DNA of 41,989 nt, from IMG/VR virus record IMGVR_UViG_3300037474_000108, positions 1 through 41,989 of that record; one strand, written 5' to 3'. This document shows positions 1 to 9,528 of this stretch, one piece after another. Position 1 is the stretch's first letter. Each line of letters begins with the position of its first letter. Under the pieces are notes generated by a model. The model saw only the letters and a list, made by a program, of their open reading frames with translations. It searched no databases and had not been told where the DNA came from. This DNA comes from a virus (taxonomy: Duplodnaviria > Caudoviricetes). Both the position numbers and the translations under genes were made by a program.

Positions 1-87
1 AGCGTCTCCAAGCCTGTACGGCTTTCTGTCCAACTCGACCCCTTATGTCCGAATCACTCTCCGTAACGTAGTCACGCAGCGTGACCG

Positions 88-118
88 TTGCACAGAGCTA
101 CTAGGTTCCTGCTAGGCT
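88..118 (+). promoter_or_regulatory. Repeat-type promoter for the packaging/structural operon (probably leaderless)
   Basis: TTGCAC(88-93)-19 nt-TAGGCT(113-118); spacer holds GCTACTAGGTTCCTGC, a degenerate copy of the phage repeat; ATG 7 nt after the -10. Confidence 0.65.
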
Positions 119-125
119 GGATCAC

Positions 126-611
126 ATGCCCGTAACCGGAGTCGCTCAGAAGGTCGACCGTTCGCAGGTGCGGCACCGTAACCCGACGGTCGCCGATTGG
201 ATCGACGTCGACAACATCCCCTTCGAGGGCGCACCGCCGCTGCGCGATCGGCAGACCGGCGGCGTCTCTGTGATGGACGTCGGCGCCGCAAACTCGGAGG
301 ACTGGCCGCAGGCCACGCTCCTGTGGTGGCGGTCGCTGTCGCGCATGCCGCACTGCAAGCTGTGGGGCGAGTCCGAGTGGTCGTTCGCGATGGACACGGC
401 CGAGATCCACGCGCGCACGATGGAAGGCTGGCGCGGTTACACCGGGCCGAGCCTGACACAGCGGGAAAAGCAGATGGGCGTGACGGCCGACTTCCGCCGC
501 GGGCTGCGCATCCGTTACGTCGAGCCGAAGGACAAGGCGACCGTCGCCGAGGCTGAGGCTGCCGGCGAGGGCGCCGACGTCATCCAAATGAGCGGATACC
601 GTGACCTATGA
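126..611 (+). CDS. Terminase small subunit
   Basis: First gene, upstream of terL; WW-x-SL-x-MPH-x-LW-x-SEW and REKQMGVT-x-R-x-LRIRY pattern typical of actinophage TerS. Confidence 0.8.
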   Translation: MPVTGVAQKVDRSQVRHRNPTVADWIDVDNIPFEGAPPLRDRQTGGVSVMDVGAANSEDWPQATLLWWRSLSRMPHCKLWGESEWSFAMDTAEIHARTMEGWRGYTGPSLTQREKQMGVTADFRRGLRIRYVEPKDKATVAEAEAAGEGADVIQMSGYRDL

Positions 612-1033
612 GCTTCCTCAAGGTGCAGAACCTCCCCGGTCCCGGCGGCGAAGGTCGCGTGTTCCTGGCGTGGCCGATGGATGTGGTCGAGGCATTCTGC
701 ACGTCCGCCGACAGCGCCGAGCTGCCCAGTGAGCAGCGGGTGATCGTGGCCGGCACGGGCCGCTGCGCCGCGCACGTCAACGCCCCGGACCCCTGCCTGT
801 TCGCCGAGCGCATGCCGCCCGAATGCCCGCATCCGGTGGTGACGCGTCCCGACGGCGAGGGCCTCGTGCGCTGCCTCACCTGCGGCGCCGACAGCGTGCC
901 CGTGCCCGACAACCTCCGCCGGCTCACCTCTACGGGCGCCGCCGCGCCGCAGGGCCCCGACGAGTCCTTCGAGGCGATCATCGGCGACCCGGACGCCGAC
1001 CACTCGTCGCTGCTAACTCCCGAGGGGTCGTGA
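608..1033 (+). CDS. Hypothetical protein, Cys-containing
   Basis: ATGA overlap with terS; CLTC motif. Confidence 0.6.
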   Translation: MSFLKVQNLPGPGGEGRVFLAWPMDVVEAFCTSADSAELPSEQRVIVAGTGRCAAHVNAPDPCLFAERMPPECPHPVVTRPDGEGLVRCLTCGADSVPVPDNLRRLTSTGAAAPQGPDESFEAIIGDPDADHSSLLTPEGS

Positions 1034-1239
1034 TGCGCGGTCGCTTCCCGGTCCTTCCCGACGACGATCGACGCTTCGCGGCCGCGTCACACGACGCGTC
1101 GCCCGTCGACCAGACGCTGCAGGCGCGACAGCTACCGAAGGTGCCCGGTTGGGTCGAGGACCCTGACAAGTGGGCCACCCTCGACCGCGCCACCCGGCGG
1201 CAGCTCGAGCGGCACCACCGGAAGGTGAGCGGCCGATGA
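1033..1239 (+). CDS. Hypothetical protein (68 aa)
   Basis: TGATG coupling upstream and ATGA coupling to terL. Confidence 0.6.
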   Translation: MRGRFPVLPDDDRRFAAASHDASPVDQTLQARQLPKVPGWVEDPDKWATLDRATRRQLERHHRKVSGR

Positions 1240-3044
1240 CCTCGGCGACCCTCGATCGCCCGGGGGTCGCCGACCTCATGCTTCCGGGGTACCGCATCGA
1301 CCCCTGGTACGGCACCTCGGCATGGGTGACGCTCCCGTGGCCGCTCGATCCCGCCGAGAAGGCCCGCCTGATCGCGAACAGCCTCGGCCCGGGGGTCATC
1401 GACTGGGCGGAGGGGCGCCGGCCCGACATCGGCCCGGGACTCATCGACTACCAGACGGGCGCCCCGTGGCGGTACACCGACGGGCAGAAGCGCTTCCTCA
1501 TCCTTTGGTACGCCTACGACCGTAACGGCCGGTTCATCTACCGCCGCGGGGCGAAGCGCGGAGCGAAGGGCACGGGCAAAGACCCGTTCGGCGCCTCGGT
1601 CTGCGACGCCGAGCTCGTCGGCCCGACGCAGCTCATGTGGGACGACGAGCGCGGCGAGTGGTACGGCGAAGTGCACGCGATGCCGCTCGTGCAAATTGCA
1701 GCCAACAGCGAGGCGCAGGCCAAAGACGTGCTCGTCATCGCGAACGCGATGTTCAGCCGTGACGCCCGCGCGCACTACGGCCTCGACGTCGGCAAGACGC
1801 AGACCTACATCAAAGACACCGGCGGCCGGATGGAAGTGCTGACCGCCTCGGAAATGACCGCCGAGGGCGACCCGGCGACGTTCATCTTCCTGAACGAGAC
1901 GCACCACATGACCGAGAGCAACGGCGGGCACCGCACGGCGAAGGTCGCTCGCCGGAACGTCGGCAAGTCGCCGAAGGTCATTCAGGCCCGCACCCTCGAC
2001 GGCACGAACGCGCACGCGCAAGGCGCCGACTCGATCGCCGAGCGCACCTTCGATGCGTGGCAGAAGCAGGTCGTCGCGCACGCCGAGAACCCGCTCGTGC
2101 CGATCGACATCCTCTACGACTCGATCGAGGCCCCGCCCGACACGAACATTTTCGACCCCGTGAGCCTGCGTGCCGGCCTGCGTGCCGCGTACGCCGATGC
2201 GCACTGGGCGGACCTCGAGCGCCTGTTCGGCGAGGTGCTCGATCCTGAGCTTCCGCCGGCAGACGCCATCCGCTACTACCTGAACGGGCTCGGCGCCGCC
2301 GAGGACGCATGGGTGGATCCGCGCAAGCTCGACGCCCTCGCTCGGCCGATGGTCAAGGTCGCCGAGAAGGAGCAGATCGCGATGTTCCTTGACTGCTCGA
2401 AGAGCGGGGACGCGACCGGCCTCGTCGGCTGCCGGCTGCGTGACGGGCACGTGTTCAAGCTCGGCGTGTGGCGACCGCCGCCCGGGAAGGCGAGCGAGGG
2501 CTGGCTCGTACCCCGCGAGCAGGTCGACGAGGTCGTGCGCCACGCCTTCGGCTACTACAGCGTCGTGTGGTTCGGCGTCGACCCCAGCCCCGCGAAGGAC
2601 GACGAGACCGAGGCGCTCTATTGGATGCCGCTCATCGACACGTGGCACCGCGACTTCCACCGCCGACTCAAGGTCTGGGCGACCCCGGGCGCCCGCATCG
2701 GTAACAGCGTGCTCTTCGATATGCGGATCAAGACCGTCGGCGGACAGGAGCGTAACCGCCAGTTCACGCAGGCGGCGATGCAGACCGTCGAGGACATCGA
2801 GCAGCTCGGCGCCGCAGCGTTCACGTGGGACGGCGACGGGGTCATGATGAGCCACTTCCACAACGCCAAGCGGCGGCCGAACCCGTGGGGCGTCAGCCTC
2901 GGCAAGGTCACCCGCGACTCGAAAAAGCACGTCGACCTCGCCGTCTGCGCGGTCGGCGCGCGGATGGGCCGTAGGATCGTGCTCAACAGTGGCAAGGTCA
3001 GGATTCGCCGCGAGGGCGCGCGCAGCGGGAAGGCGGTCTTTTAG
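1236..3044 (+). CDS. Terminase large subunit
   Basis: Walker A-like RGAKGTGKDP, Walker B-like FIFLNETHH, nuclease FLDCSKSGD and KHVDLAV; ATG 1236 overlaps the previous stop. Confidence 0.95.
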   Translation: MTSATLDRPGVADLMLPGYRIDPWYGTSAWVTLPWPLDPAEKARLIANSLGPGVIDWAEGRRPDIGPGLIDYQTGAPWRYTDGQKRFLILWYAYDRNGRFIYRRGAKRGAKGTGKDPFGASVCDAELVGPTQLMWDDERGEWYGEVHAMPLVQIAANSEAQAKDVLVIANAMFSRDARAHYGLDVGKTQTYIKDTGGRMEVLTASEMTAEGDPATFIFLNETHHMTESNGGHRTAKVARRNVGKSPKVIQARTLDGTNAHAQGADSIAERTFDAWQKQVVAHAENPLVPIDILYDSIEAPPDTNIFDPVSLRAGLRAAYADAHWADLERLFGEVLDPELPPADAIRYYLNGLGAAEDAWVDPRKLDALARPMVKVAEKEQIAMFLDCSKSGDATGLVGCRLRDGHVFKLGVWRPPPGKASEGWLVPREQVDEVVRHAFGYYSVVWFGVDPSPAKDDETEALYWMPLIDTWHRDFHRRLKVWATPGARIGNSVLFDMRIKTVGGQERNRQFTQAAMQTVEDIEQLGAAAFTWDGDGVMMSHFHNAKRRPNPWGVSLGKVTRDSKKHVDLAVCAVGARMGRRIVLNSGKVRIRREGARSGKAVF

Positions 3045-4570
3045 TGCTGACCGAAGACGAGGCCATCGCCGCCGCGAGCAGCTTGCGGGGCAGCCTCGAA
3101 ACGGAGCGAAACGATTTCGACGTGCTGCGCCGCTACGCGACCGGTCAGCAGGCGTTGCCGCTCGTCGTGCCCCGTGAGGCGCCCGCCGAGGTGCGTGAGC
3201 TCGCCCGGACCGCGCGGATCAACCTCATCGCCATCGTGATCAATTCGCTCGTGCAGTCGCTGTACGTCGACAACATCCGGGTCGCGGACAGCGGGCCGGC
3301 ACGCAAGCCGGCAGACCCGACGGCGCCGCCGGATCCGAACCTCGACGACCCCGACAAGGCGATCGAACCCATCTGGCAGGCGTGGCAGCGTAACCGCTTC
3401 GATCGCGCCCAGGGCGGTCTCTACCGTGCGGTCTTCCAATACGGGCACGGTTACACGGTCGTCACCCCCGGCGAGCCGACGCCGGTCATGCGGGCGGTCT
3501 CGCCGCGGCGCATGACTGCGCTCTACGACGACGACGCGCCTGATTTCCCCGTCATGGCGCTCGAATGGCGCAAGGGGCGGGGCAACTTCTACCGGCTGTA
3601 CGCCGAGGACGATGCCGGCGACGTCGGCATCTACACGCTCGGGTATGACCCGGAAAAGAAGCGTTTCGCGCTGTTGCAGATCGCGTCGCTCGACCTCACG
3701 TACGTCCCGGTCATCCGGCACATTCCGAACGAAGACCTCGACACCGATGACGAGCCGGTAGCCGTCCGCGCGACGGGCTCGGCGCAGAACACGACCGTAT
3801 CGGTGCTGACGGCGGGCGAGGTCGCCCCGCTGATGACCTTGCAGGATCAGACCGACATCACGAGCTTCGCGCTCAAGTCGGCCGAGTGGTACTCAGCCTT
3901 CCGGCAGCGGTACATCAAAGGATGGACCCCCGAGGACCGCGCAGCGAAGATGCGGTCGGCCGCTTCGCAACTCTGGACCTTCGAGGATCATCCCGACGAC
4001 ATCGCCCTCGGCGAGTTCTCGCAGACCGACCTCTCGGGCTTCCTGGCCTCGCGCGAGTCGGTGCTCAAGTACGCCGCCACCCTCTCCGAGACGCCCGTAC
4101 ACGAGCTGATCGGCGAGCTCGTCAACCTCTCCGCCGAGGCTCTTGCGGCGGCGGAGGCGGGCCGCGACCGGAAGATCGAGCTCGCCAAGACCTCGCTCGG
4201 CGAGTCCATCGAGCAGCAATCGCAGGTCGTCGGCGACCTCATGGGGGTCGACGTTCCCGACGACATCGAGACCGTGTGGCGCGACACCTCGGCCCGCGCC
4301 TTCGGCGCCGTAGTCGACGGGCTCGGCAAGATCGCGCAGATGCTCAACGTGCCGGCCGAGATGCTGTGGGACCGGATCCCGGGCACGACGCGGCAGGACG
4401 TCGAGCGGTGGAAGGCCCGCGCCGCCGAGGGCGACTCGCTCGGGCAGTTGACGAGCCTGCTCAACGCGCAGGCGGGTGGCGCCGCCGGCAACCCGCCGAC
4501 GACGACCAACCCGGACGGCACCACGACCCGCCCGGGTGGACTCATCCTGCCGCCCGGCGCGAGGGCGTAA
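3044..4570 (+). CDS. Portal protein (SPP1 gp6-like)
   Basis: 508 aa after terL; YSAFRQRY, GEFSQTDL, NLSAEAL and IETVWRD motifs. Confidence 0.93.
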   Translation: MLTEDEAIAAASSLRGSLETERNDFDVLRRYATGQQALPLVVPREAPAEVRELARTARINLIAIVINSLVQSLYVDNIRVADSGPARKPADPTAPPDPNLDDPDKAIEPIWQAWQRNRFDRAQGGLYRAVFQYGHGYTVVTPGEPTPVMRAVSPRRMTALYDDDAPDFPVMALEWRKGRGNFYRLYAEDDAGDVGIYTLGYDPEKKRFALLQIASLDLTYVPVIRHIPNEDLDTDDEPVAVRATGSAQNTTVSVLTAGEVAPLMTLQDQTDITSFALKSAEWYSAFRQRYIKGWTPEDRAAKMRSAASQLWTFEDHPDDIALGEFSQTDLSGFLASRESVLKYAATLSETPVHELIGELVNLSAEALAAAEAGRDRKIELAKTSLGESIEQQSQVVGDLMGVDVPDDIETVWRDTSARAFGAVVDGLGKIAQMLNVPAEMLWDRIPGTTRQDVERWKARAAEGDSLGQLTSLLNAQAGGAAGNPPTTTNPDGTTTRPGGLILPPGARA

Positions 4571-5403
4571 TGGCGCTGACGGCGGCCGGCACGGTACTCA
4601 CCCGGGCCAATCAGGCGGCGCAGCTCGCGCAGCGGGCGCAGTCCCTGCAAGGTCTGCTGAAGCTGTGGTCGATCGTCGATGTGACCGACCTCGCAGGCAC
4701 GATCGACACCTTCGCGCAGGCTGCCGCCCTGCTTGCCGGCGAGGGTTTCGACAAGTCGGCCGCCGCGGCGGCGAACTACTACGGCCTCTTCCGCCGCGTC
4801 GAGGGCGCCGGGACGATAGTCGCCGTGCCGACCGCGCCGCGCCTGCCCGCCGACTACGTCACGGGGCAACTGCGCGGCGCCGCACTCAAGGGCATCATCG
4901 ACGCCCGCAAGGCGGGCATGGCGGAGGGCGACGCGAAATCGCAGGGCCTCGTGCGCGTGGCGGGCGCGCTTGCGAAGATCGTGCTCACGGGCGGATGGAT
5001 GACCATCACGGGCGCCGTCCGGACCGATCAGAAGGCGCTCGGGTGGTCGCGGGCGACGAGCGGCGACCCGTGCACGTTCTGCCGGCTGCTCGCCTCGCGC
5101 GGTCCCGTGTATAAGTCGGAGAAATCGGCCGATTTCCAAGCGCATGATCACGACGCCTGCATGCCCGAGCCGGTCTACGCGGGCGATCCGGTCAACCTCG
5201 GTGTCGCCGCACAGTCCGCCACTTACCTCGACGAGTACAAGACTGCGCAGGCATGGGCACGTAGCTCTGGCACAATGTCGGCAGGTACGAGCAATAATGC
5301 ACTCAACAACTACCGGCGATGGCTCGACAACGGTCGGCCGGAACCGGGGCAAACTACGGCGCCGAGCGCCGGTAACGACGGAGGCAATCCGGGTGACAAC
5401 TGA
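4570..5403 (+). CDS. MuF-like minor head protein / capsid maturation protein
   Basis: TAATG coupling to portal; WSR-x-DPCTFCRLLASRGPVY and AHDHDAC motifs. Confidence 0.8.
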   Translation: MALTAAGTVLTRANQAAQLAQRAQSLQGLLKLWSIVDVTDLAGTIDTFAQAAALLAGEGFDKSAAAAANYYGLFRRVEGAGTIVAVPTAPRLPADYVTGQLRGAALKGIIDARKAGMAEGDAKSQGLVRVAGALAKIVLTGGWMTITGAVRTDQKALGWSRATSGDPCTFCRLLASRGPVYKSEKSADFQAHDHDACMPEPVYAGDPVNLGVAAQSATYLDEYKTAQAWARSSGTMSAGTSNNALNNYRRWLDNGRPEPGQTTAPSAGNDGGNPGDN

Positions 5404-5998
5404 AGACGACGACAGCAAGACCGAGCCCACATTCACGCGGGCGCAGATGGCGAAGATGGTCGCTGCGCAGGTGCGGGAAAAGCTCGCGGCGGCGCTGTCG
5501 GAATACGGCGATCTCGACGAGCTCAAGCGCAAGGCGGCCGAGGCCGACAAGAGCAAGTCGCAGCTCGACCGGATCGAGGAGCAGCTCAAGGCGTCCGAGG
5601 CGCGGGCGGCGAAGGCGGAGCGCGACGGTCTCATCCGTGAGGTCGCCGACGAGCTCGGCATCCCGCTGCGGCTCGCCAAGCGCCTCGAAGGCGGCACGAG
5701 GGCCGAGCTGCTCGCGGACGGCCGGGACACGATGGAAGAGCTCGGCATCAAGCCGAACAAGGGCAAGGCCGGCACGACCAGGGACGCGAACGAGGACACG
5801 AAGGGGGACGGCACCGACAGCGACGACGGCACCGAGGACGAGCCGCAGCAGCAGGACGAGGCGACCAGCCGGCAGACCGCCGCCGCGACCCGTACCGCAC
5901 GCCCCCGCGAGAACCTGCGCGGCGGCGCCCCCCGGACCGATACGAAGCCCGAGGAAACCGACCCGATGAAGCTCGTCGAGAACATCCCTCGGCGATAA
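5393..5998 (+). CDS. Capsid scaffolding protein
   Basis: GGAGG RBS then GTG; TFTRAQM..YGDLDELK-x-KA coiled coil; directly before the capsid gene. Confidence 0.85.
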   Translation: MTTEDDDSKTEPTFTRAQMAKMVAAQVREKLAAALSEYGDLDELKRKAAEADKSKSQLDRIEEQLKASEARAAKAERDGLIREVADELGIPLRLAKRLEGGTRAELLADGRDTMEELGIKPNKGKAGTTRDANEDTKGDGTDSDDGTEDEPQQQDEATSRQTAAATRTARPRENLRGGAPRTDTKPEETDPMKLVENIPRR

Positions 5999-6049
5999 CG
6001 ACAAGGCGGTACGGCCGAACCGACCGCTAGAGAACAGGAGTAACCCGAC

Positions 6050-7030
6050 GTGGCTAACACGTTTCTCAAGCCTTCGGTGATCGCCAACACGGCGATCGGG
6101 CTGCTGTACCGCGAGCTCGTCGTCGCCCGCACCCTCTGGACCGACGCGGTCAACCCGGGCGAGTTCACGGGCGCGCTCAACGACACGGTCAACATGCGCA
6201 TCCCCGCCCGGCGCACCGCCCGCAAGCGCACCCTGCGCGCCGGCACACCGATCACGAACGACGTCTCGGTCGAGTTCTCGATCCCGGTCACGCTGGACAC
6301 CGACGTCTACAACGGTGCCCCGATCACCGACGAGGAGCTCACCCTCGACATCCGCGACTTCGCGTTGCAGGTGCTCAACCCGCAGATCCGCGCGGTCGCC
6401 GAGGGCCTCGAGGACGAGGCGATCAACGAGATCGAGAACGCGACCTACCGGTCCGACATGATCGTCAACCCGGATTGGACCGAGTTCAAGGTCGGCGGGC
6501 GTACCGACTGGTACCTCGTCGCGGCCCGCGCTGCGAAGCTGCTCGACAAGAAGCACGTGCCGGCCGCCGACCGCACCCTGCTCGTCGGCGCCGACGTCAA
6601 GGAGCAGATCATCACCGACGACCGCTTCAGCCGTTTCGACGGCATCGGCCAGTCGGCGACCGACGCCCTGCGCGAGCGGACCATCGGCCGGATCGCCGAG
6701 TTCAACGTCGTCCCCTCGACCGACATCGACGACGGCGCGGCCTACGCGTACCACCGCACCGCCTTCGTGCTCGCCACCCGGGCGCCGGCCGTGCCCCGCG
6801 GCGCGAATGCCGTCAGCGTCCGGACCATCGGGCAGGCGGGCGGCGCCATGGGCTACTGGGACGGCGTCTCGGTCCGGTGGCTGTCCGACTACGACTACAC
6901 GAACACGACCGACCGGTCCCTCGTCAACGCGTGGGTCGGCACCGCGACCGTCCTCGACCCGGACAGCCCGAGCAACCCGGCGAGCACGAAGTCGCTTCAG
7001 CGCGCGGTGCAGATCATCGACGGTTCGTGA
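6050..7030 (+). CDS. Major capsid protein (HK97 fold, P22-coat-like)
   Basis: AGGAG RBS; MANTFLKP..DTVNMRIP..ITDEELTLDI..AYHRTAFVLATRAP. Confidence 0.92.
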   Translation: MANTFLKPSVIANTAIGLLYRELVVARTLWTDAVNPGEFTGALNDTVNMRIPARRTARKRTLRAGTPITNDVSVEFSIPVTLDTDVYNGAPITDEELTLDIRDFALQVLNPQIRAVAEGLEDEAINEIENATYRSDMIVNPDWTEFKVGGRTDWYLVAARAAKLLDKKHVPAADRTLLVGADVKEQIITDDRFSRFDGIGQSATDALRERTIGRIAEFNVVPSTDIDDGAAYAYHRTAFVLATRAPAVPRGANAVSVRTIGQAGGAMGYWDGVSVRWLSDYDYTNTTDRSLVNAWVGTATVLDPDSPSNPASTKSLQRAVQIIDGS

Positions 7031-7212
7031 CCTCTCCGCACGACGGCGCGGCAGCGTCCCGCGAGCTCATCCGTGAGCTTCGGGACGCTGCTGAGCAGCG
7101 CCTGCTAGCCGATATCCCTCGCACGTTCGTCCCGGACGCGGCGGGCGGCGACCCGATCCCATGGTGCGACAACCAGAGAGAGGCCCCGGACGATGGCGGG
7201 CTTTACGAGTAG
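7027..7212 (+). CDS. Hypothetical protein (61 aa)
   Basis: GTGA overlap with the capsid stop; fills the gap. Confidence 0.5.
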   Translation: MTSPHDGAAASRELIRELRDAAEQRLLADIPRTFVPDAAGGDPIPWCDNQREAPDDGGLYE

Positions 7213-7546
7213 CGGTCTCAACGACGCGGTCAACGGCATCGCCGCCGCCGCGACCTACATCTCGGCGCACACCGCCGACCCGTCGACCGGCGGCGGCAGC
7301 GAGGTCACCGGCGGCAGCTACGCGCGGCAGCAGACGACGTGGGGCGCCGCGAGCGCGGGCGCGCGGATCGGCTCGCAGGTCGGCATCCCGGTCCCGGCCG
7401 CCACGACCGTCACGCACTGGGGACTGTGGACGGCGGCGTCCGGCGGCACGTTCAAGGGCGGCTTCGCCCTTGCCGGCGGCAGCGAGTCGTTCACGAACGC
7501 GGGCACCCTGAACCACACCCCGACGCTCAGCGTTGCCGCGGGCTGA
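7193..7546 (+). CDS. Small virion structural protein
   Basis: YISAHTADP..EVTGGSYARQ..VTHWGLWTAASGG pattern of small beta-rich virion proteins. Confidence 0.7.
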   Translation: MAGFTSSGLNDAVNGIAAAATYISAHTADPSTGGGSEVTGGSYARQQTTWGAASAGARIGSQVGIPVPAATTVTHWGLWTAASGGTFKGGFALAGGSESFTNAGTLNHTPTLSVAAG

Positions 7547-7554
7547 GCGTCGGC

Positions 7555-8442
7555 ATGTCGACGCTCTTCGGTGGTGTCGCGCCCGCAGGCGCGCAGTTCA
7601 CCGACGGCTCGCCCGGTATCACCGTCTGTACGACGTTCACCTTCCACGAGGCGGGCGTCGGCGTGGCCGGTCAGGTCACCGAGGTGTGGTGGTACTGCGG
7701 CGCGAACACGGGCGGCACGTGGACGGCGCTCGGGTGGGAGGTCACCCACAACGACGTGGGCGGAGCGGGCGCGGGAACGTTGGTAGCCAATCAAGCGTTC
7801 GTCGGAACCCCGACGCCGAACGCGTGGAATAAGATCACCCTTTCGTCGCCCGTCGACATCCCCGCCGACTACAACCGACGCTGGCGCTTCGGCATCCACA
7901 ATCCGAATAACTACTGGGCAAATAACAACTTTTACGAAACGCACGACGAGACGAGCGCGCCGATCACGGCGTATCGCGACGACGACACCACTAGCACCCT
8001 CGGGAAGCTGTCGCAGGGGACGTTTGCGCTCGGCGCCACTCTCACGACCTATCCGGCACAGACCGGACTCAAGGCCAACTACGGCATTGACGTCACGTTC
8101 TTCGCGGGCGGCGCGCCGCCGGAGGACCACACGAGCACGGGCACCGCGCTGGCGACCGCGACCGCCTCGGCGACCGACTCGACCGTACGCGTCTCGTCGG
8201 GAACGGCCGCTGCAGGCGCGACGGCTAGCGCCGCCGTCAGTCCCCTGCGGCCGACGACCGGGACCGCCCGCGCCACTGCGACCGCCGCCGCATCCGTCAC
8301 GGCGGCGCACACCTCGGCCGGCACGGCACTCGCGGTTGCCACCGCAAGCAACTACACGGCAGGCGGCACCCGGGGCCCTCGCGTCGTGAGCCGTAGCAGC
8401 AACCGCCCCCGTATCGTTACCCGCGCACAGCTCGCGACCTAG
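7555..8442 (+). CDS. DUF4082-like beta-sandwich plus Thr/Ala/Ser-rich repeat stalk; probable virion appendage
   Basis: GQVTEVWWY..WNKITLSSPVDI..TYP..NYGIDVTF resembles DUF4082; C-terminal 20-aa GTA repeats. Confidence 0.7.
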   Translation: MSTLFGGVAPAGAQFTDGSPGITVCTTFTFHEAGVGVAGQVTEVWWYCGANTGGTWTALGWEVTHNDVGGAGAGTLVANQAFVGTPTPNAWNKITLSSPVDIPADYNRRWRFGIHNPNNYWANNNFYETHDETSAPITAYRDDDTTSTLGKLSQGTFALGATLTTYPAQTGLKANYGIDVTFFAGGAPPEDHTSTGTALATATASATDSTVRVSSGTAAAGATASAAVSPLRPTTGTARATATAAASVTAAHTSAGTALAVATASNYTAGGTRGPRVVSRSSNRPRIVTRAQLAT

Positions 8443-8452
8443 GGGAGGCACC

Positions 8453-9175
8453 GTGCAGCGTTTCGACCTCGGCGACCCGGTGCCGCTTCAGTACGTCGCG
8501 ACCAATCCGGACACGGGCGCGCCGATCGGCGTCACGGGCGCGCTGCTGCTCACGAAGCCCGACGCGACGACCTACAACGGCGTCCCCCAGTCCGGCGGCA
8601 CGGGCATCGTGAACGTCGAGATCCCCGCGACCGAGGTGACGCAGCTCGGCCGCTACAAGTACACGTGGACGATCACGGGCGGGCTCGACGACAGCGATAC
8701 CGGCTACTTCTACATCGCCGCCGCCGAGGACGAGGCACCGCCGCTCGCTTCGTTCGGCATGCTCGCCCGCAAGCTCGGCGCCCTGCCCGAGGATTTCGAC
8801 GAGACCGAGCGCGCCCGCGGCGAGTACCTGCTCGACGAGGCGAGCGAGCTGATCCGCGACCTCACCAGCAAGACGTGGCTCACGCCGGCGAACGCGCTCG
8901 ACAGCGTGCCGCGGCCGGTCGCTCGGGTGTGCGTCGCCGCCGCCGCCCGCGCCTTCGAGAACCCGCACGGCCTGACGCAGCGGTCGATCGGCGACAGCTC
9001 GAAGAGCTACGACCGCAGTCAGCGCGAGGGCGGCGAGATCGTCTACCTCACCGAGACCGAGCAGCGCACCGTGCTCAAGGCGGCGGGCATCTCGACGTTC
9101 GTCGCGGTCACCCTGACGAGCCCGTACAGCTCGGATATCGCGCTCAACGTGTGGGACGAGGTGACGGCGGAGTGA
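8453..9175 (+). CDS. Head-to-tail adaptor with an extra N-terminal beta-rich domain
   Basis: C-half RGEYLLDEASELIR..AARAFENPHGLTQRSIGD..YLTETE is typical of adaptors; N-terminal ~90 aa is extra. Confidence 0.8.
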   Translation: MQRFDLGDPVPLQYVATNPDTGAPIGVTGALLLTKPDATTYNGVPQSGGTGIVNVEIPATEVTQLGRYKYTWTITGGLDDSDTGYFYIAAAEDEAPPLASFGMLARKLGALPEDFDETERARGEYLLDEASELIRDLTSKTWLTPANALDSVPRPVARVCVAAAARAFENPHGLTQRSIGDSSKSYDRSQREGGEIVYLTETEQRTVLKAAGISTFVAVTLTSPYSSDIALNVWDEVTAE

Positions 9176-9528
9176 TCGGTGGCGAGATCGGGCTGCACGA
9201 GCTGACCCGCCGGTTTAAGGTCATGCGCCCGACGACCACGAGCGACGACGTCGGCGGCAGCTCGGTCACCGAGCAGCAGGTCGGCGGCATCATCCGGGCG
9301 AAGGTGAGCCAGCCGGCAGGCGTCGAGCAGCTCGAAGCGATGCAGGCCGGCACGTCCTTCGCGGTCATCGTGCACCTGCGGCCGAACACTGACGTCCGCC
9401 GTGGCGATCACCTCGTAGCGCTCGATGACGGCGACGACCTGCGGGTCAAGTCGACCGTGATGCCGAGCGAGGCGGTCTACCTGCGGGCGGACTGTGAGCA
9501 GATCCAGAGCGAAGGGGGCACGCCGTGA
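9172..9528 (+). CDS. Head-to-tail stopper (SPP1 gp16-like)
   Basis: GTGA coupling; RP-x-DDVGG..DVRRGD motifs; synteny. Confidence 0.8.
   Translation: MIGGEIGLHELTRRFKVMRPTTTSDDVGGSSVTEQQVGGIIRAKVSQPAGVEQLEAMQAGTSFAVIVHLRPNTDVRRGDHLVALDDGDDLRVKSTVMPSEAVYLRADCEQIQSEGGTP

Noticed and set aside
7028-7110. Capsid stop-codon readthrough into a decoration domain
   Set aside because: The frame after TGA closes at a TAG within about 25 codons; the GTGA overlap explains the next ORF
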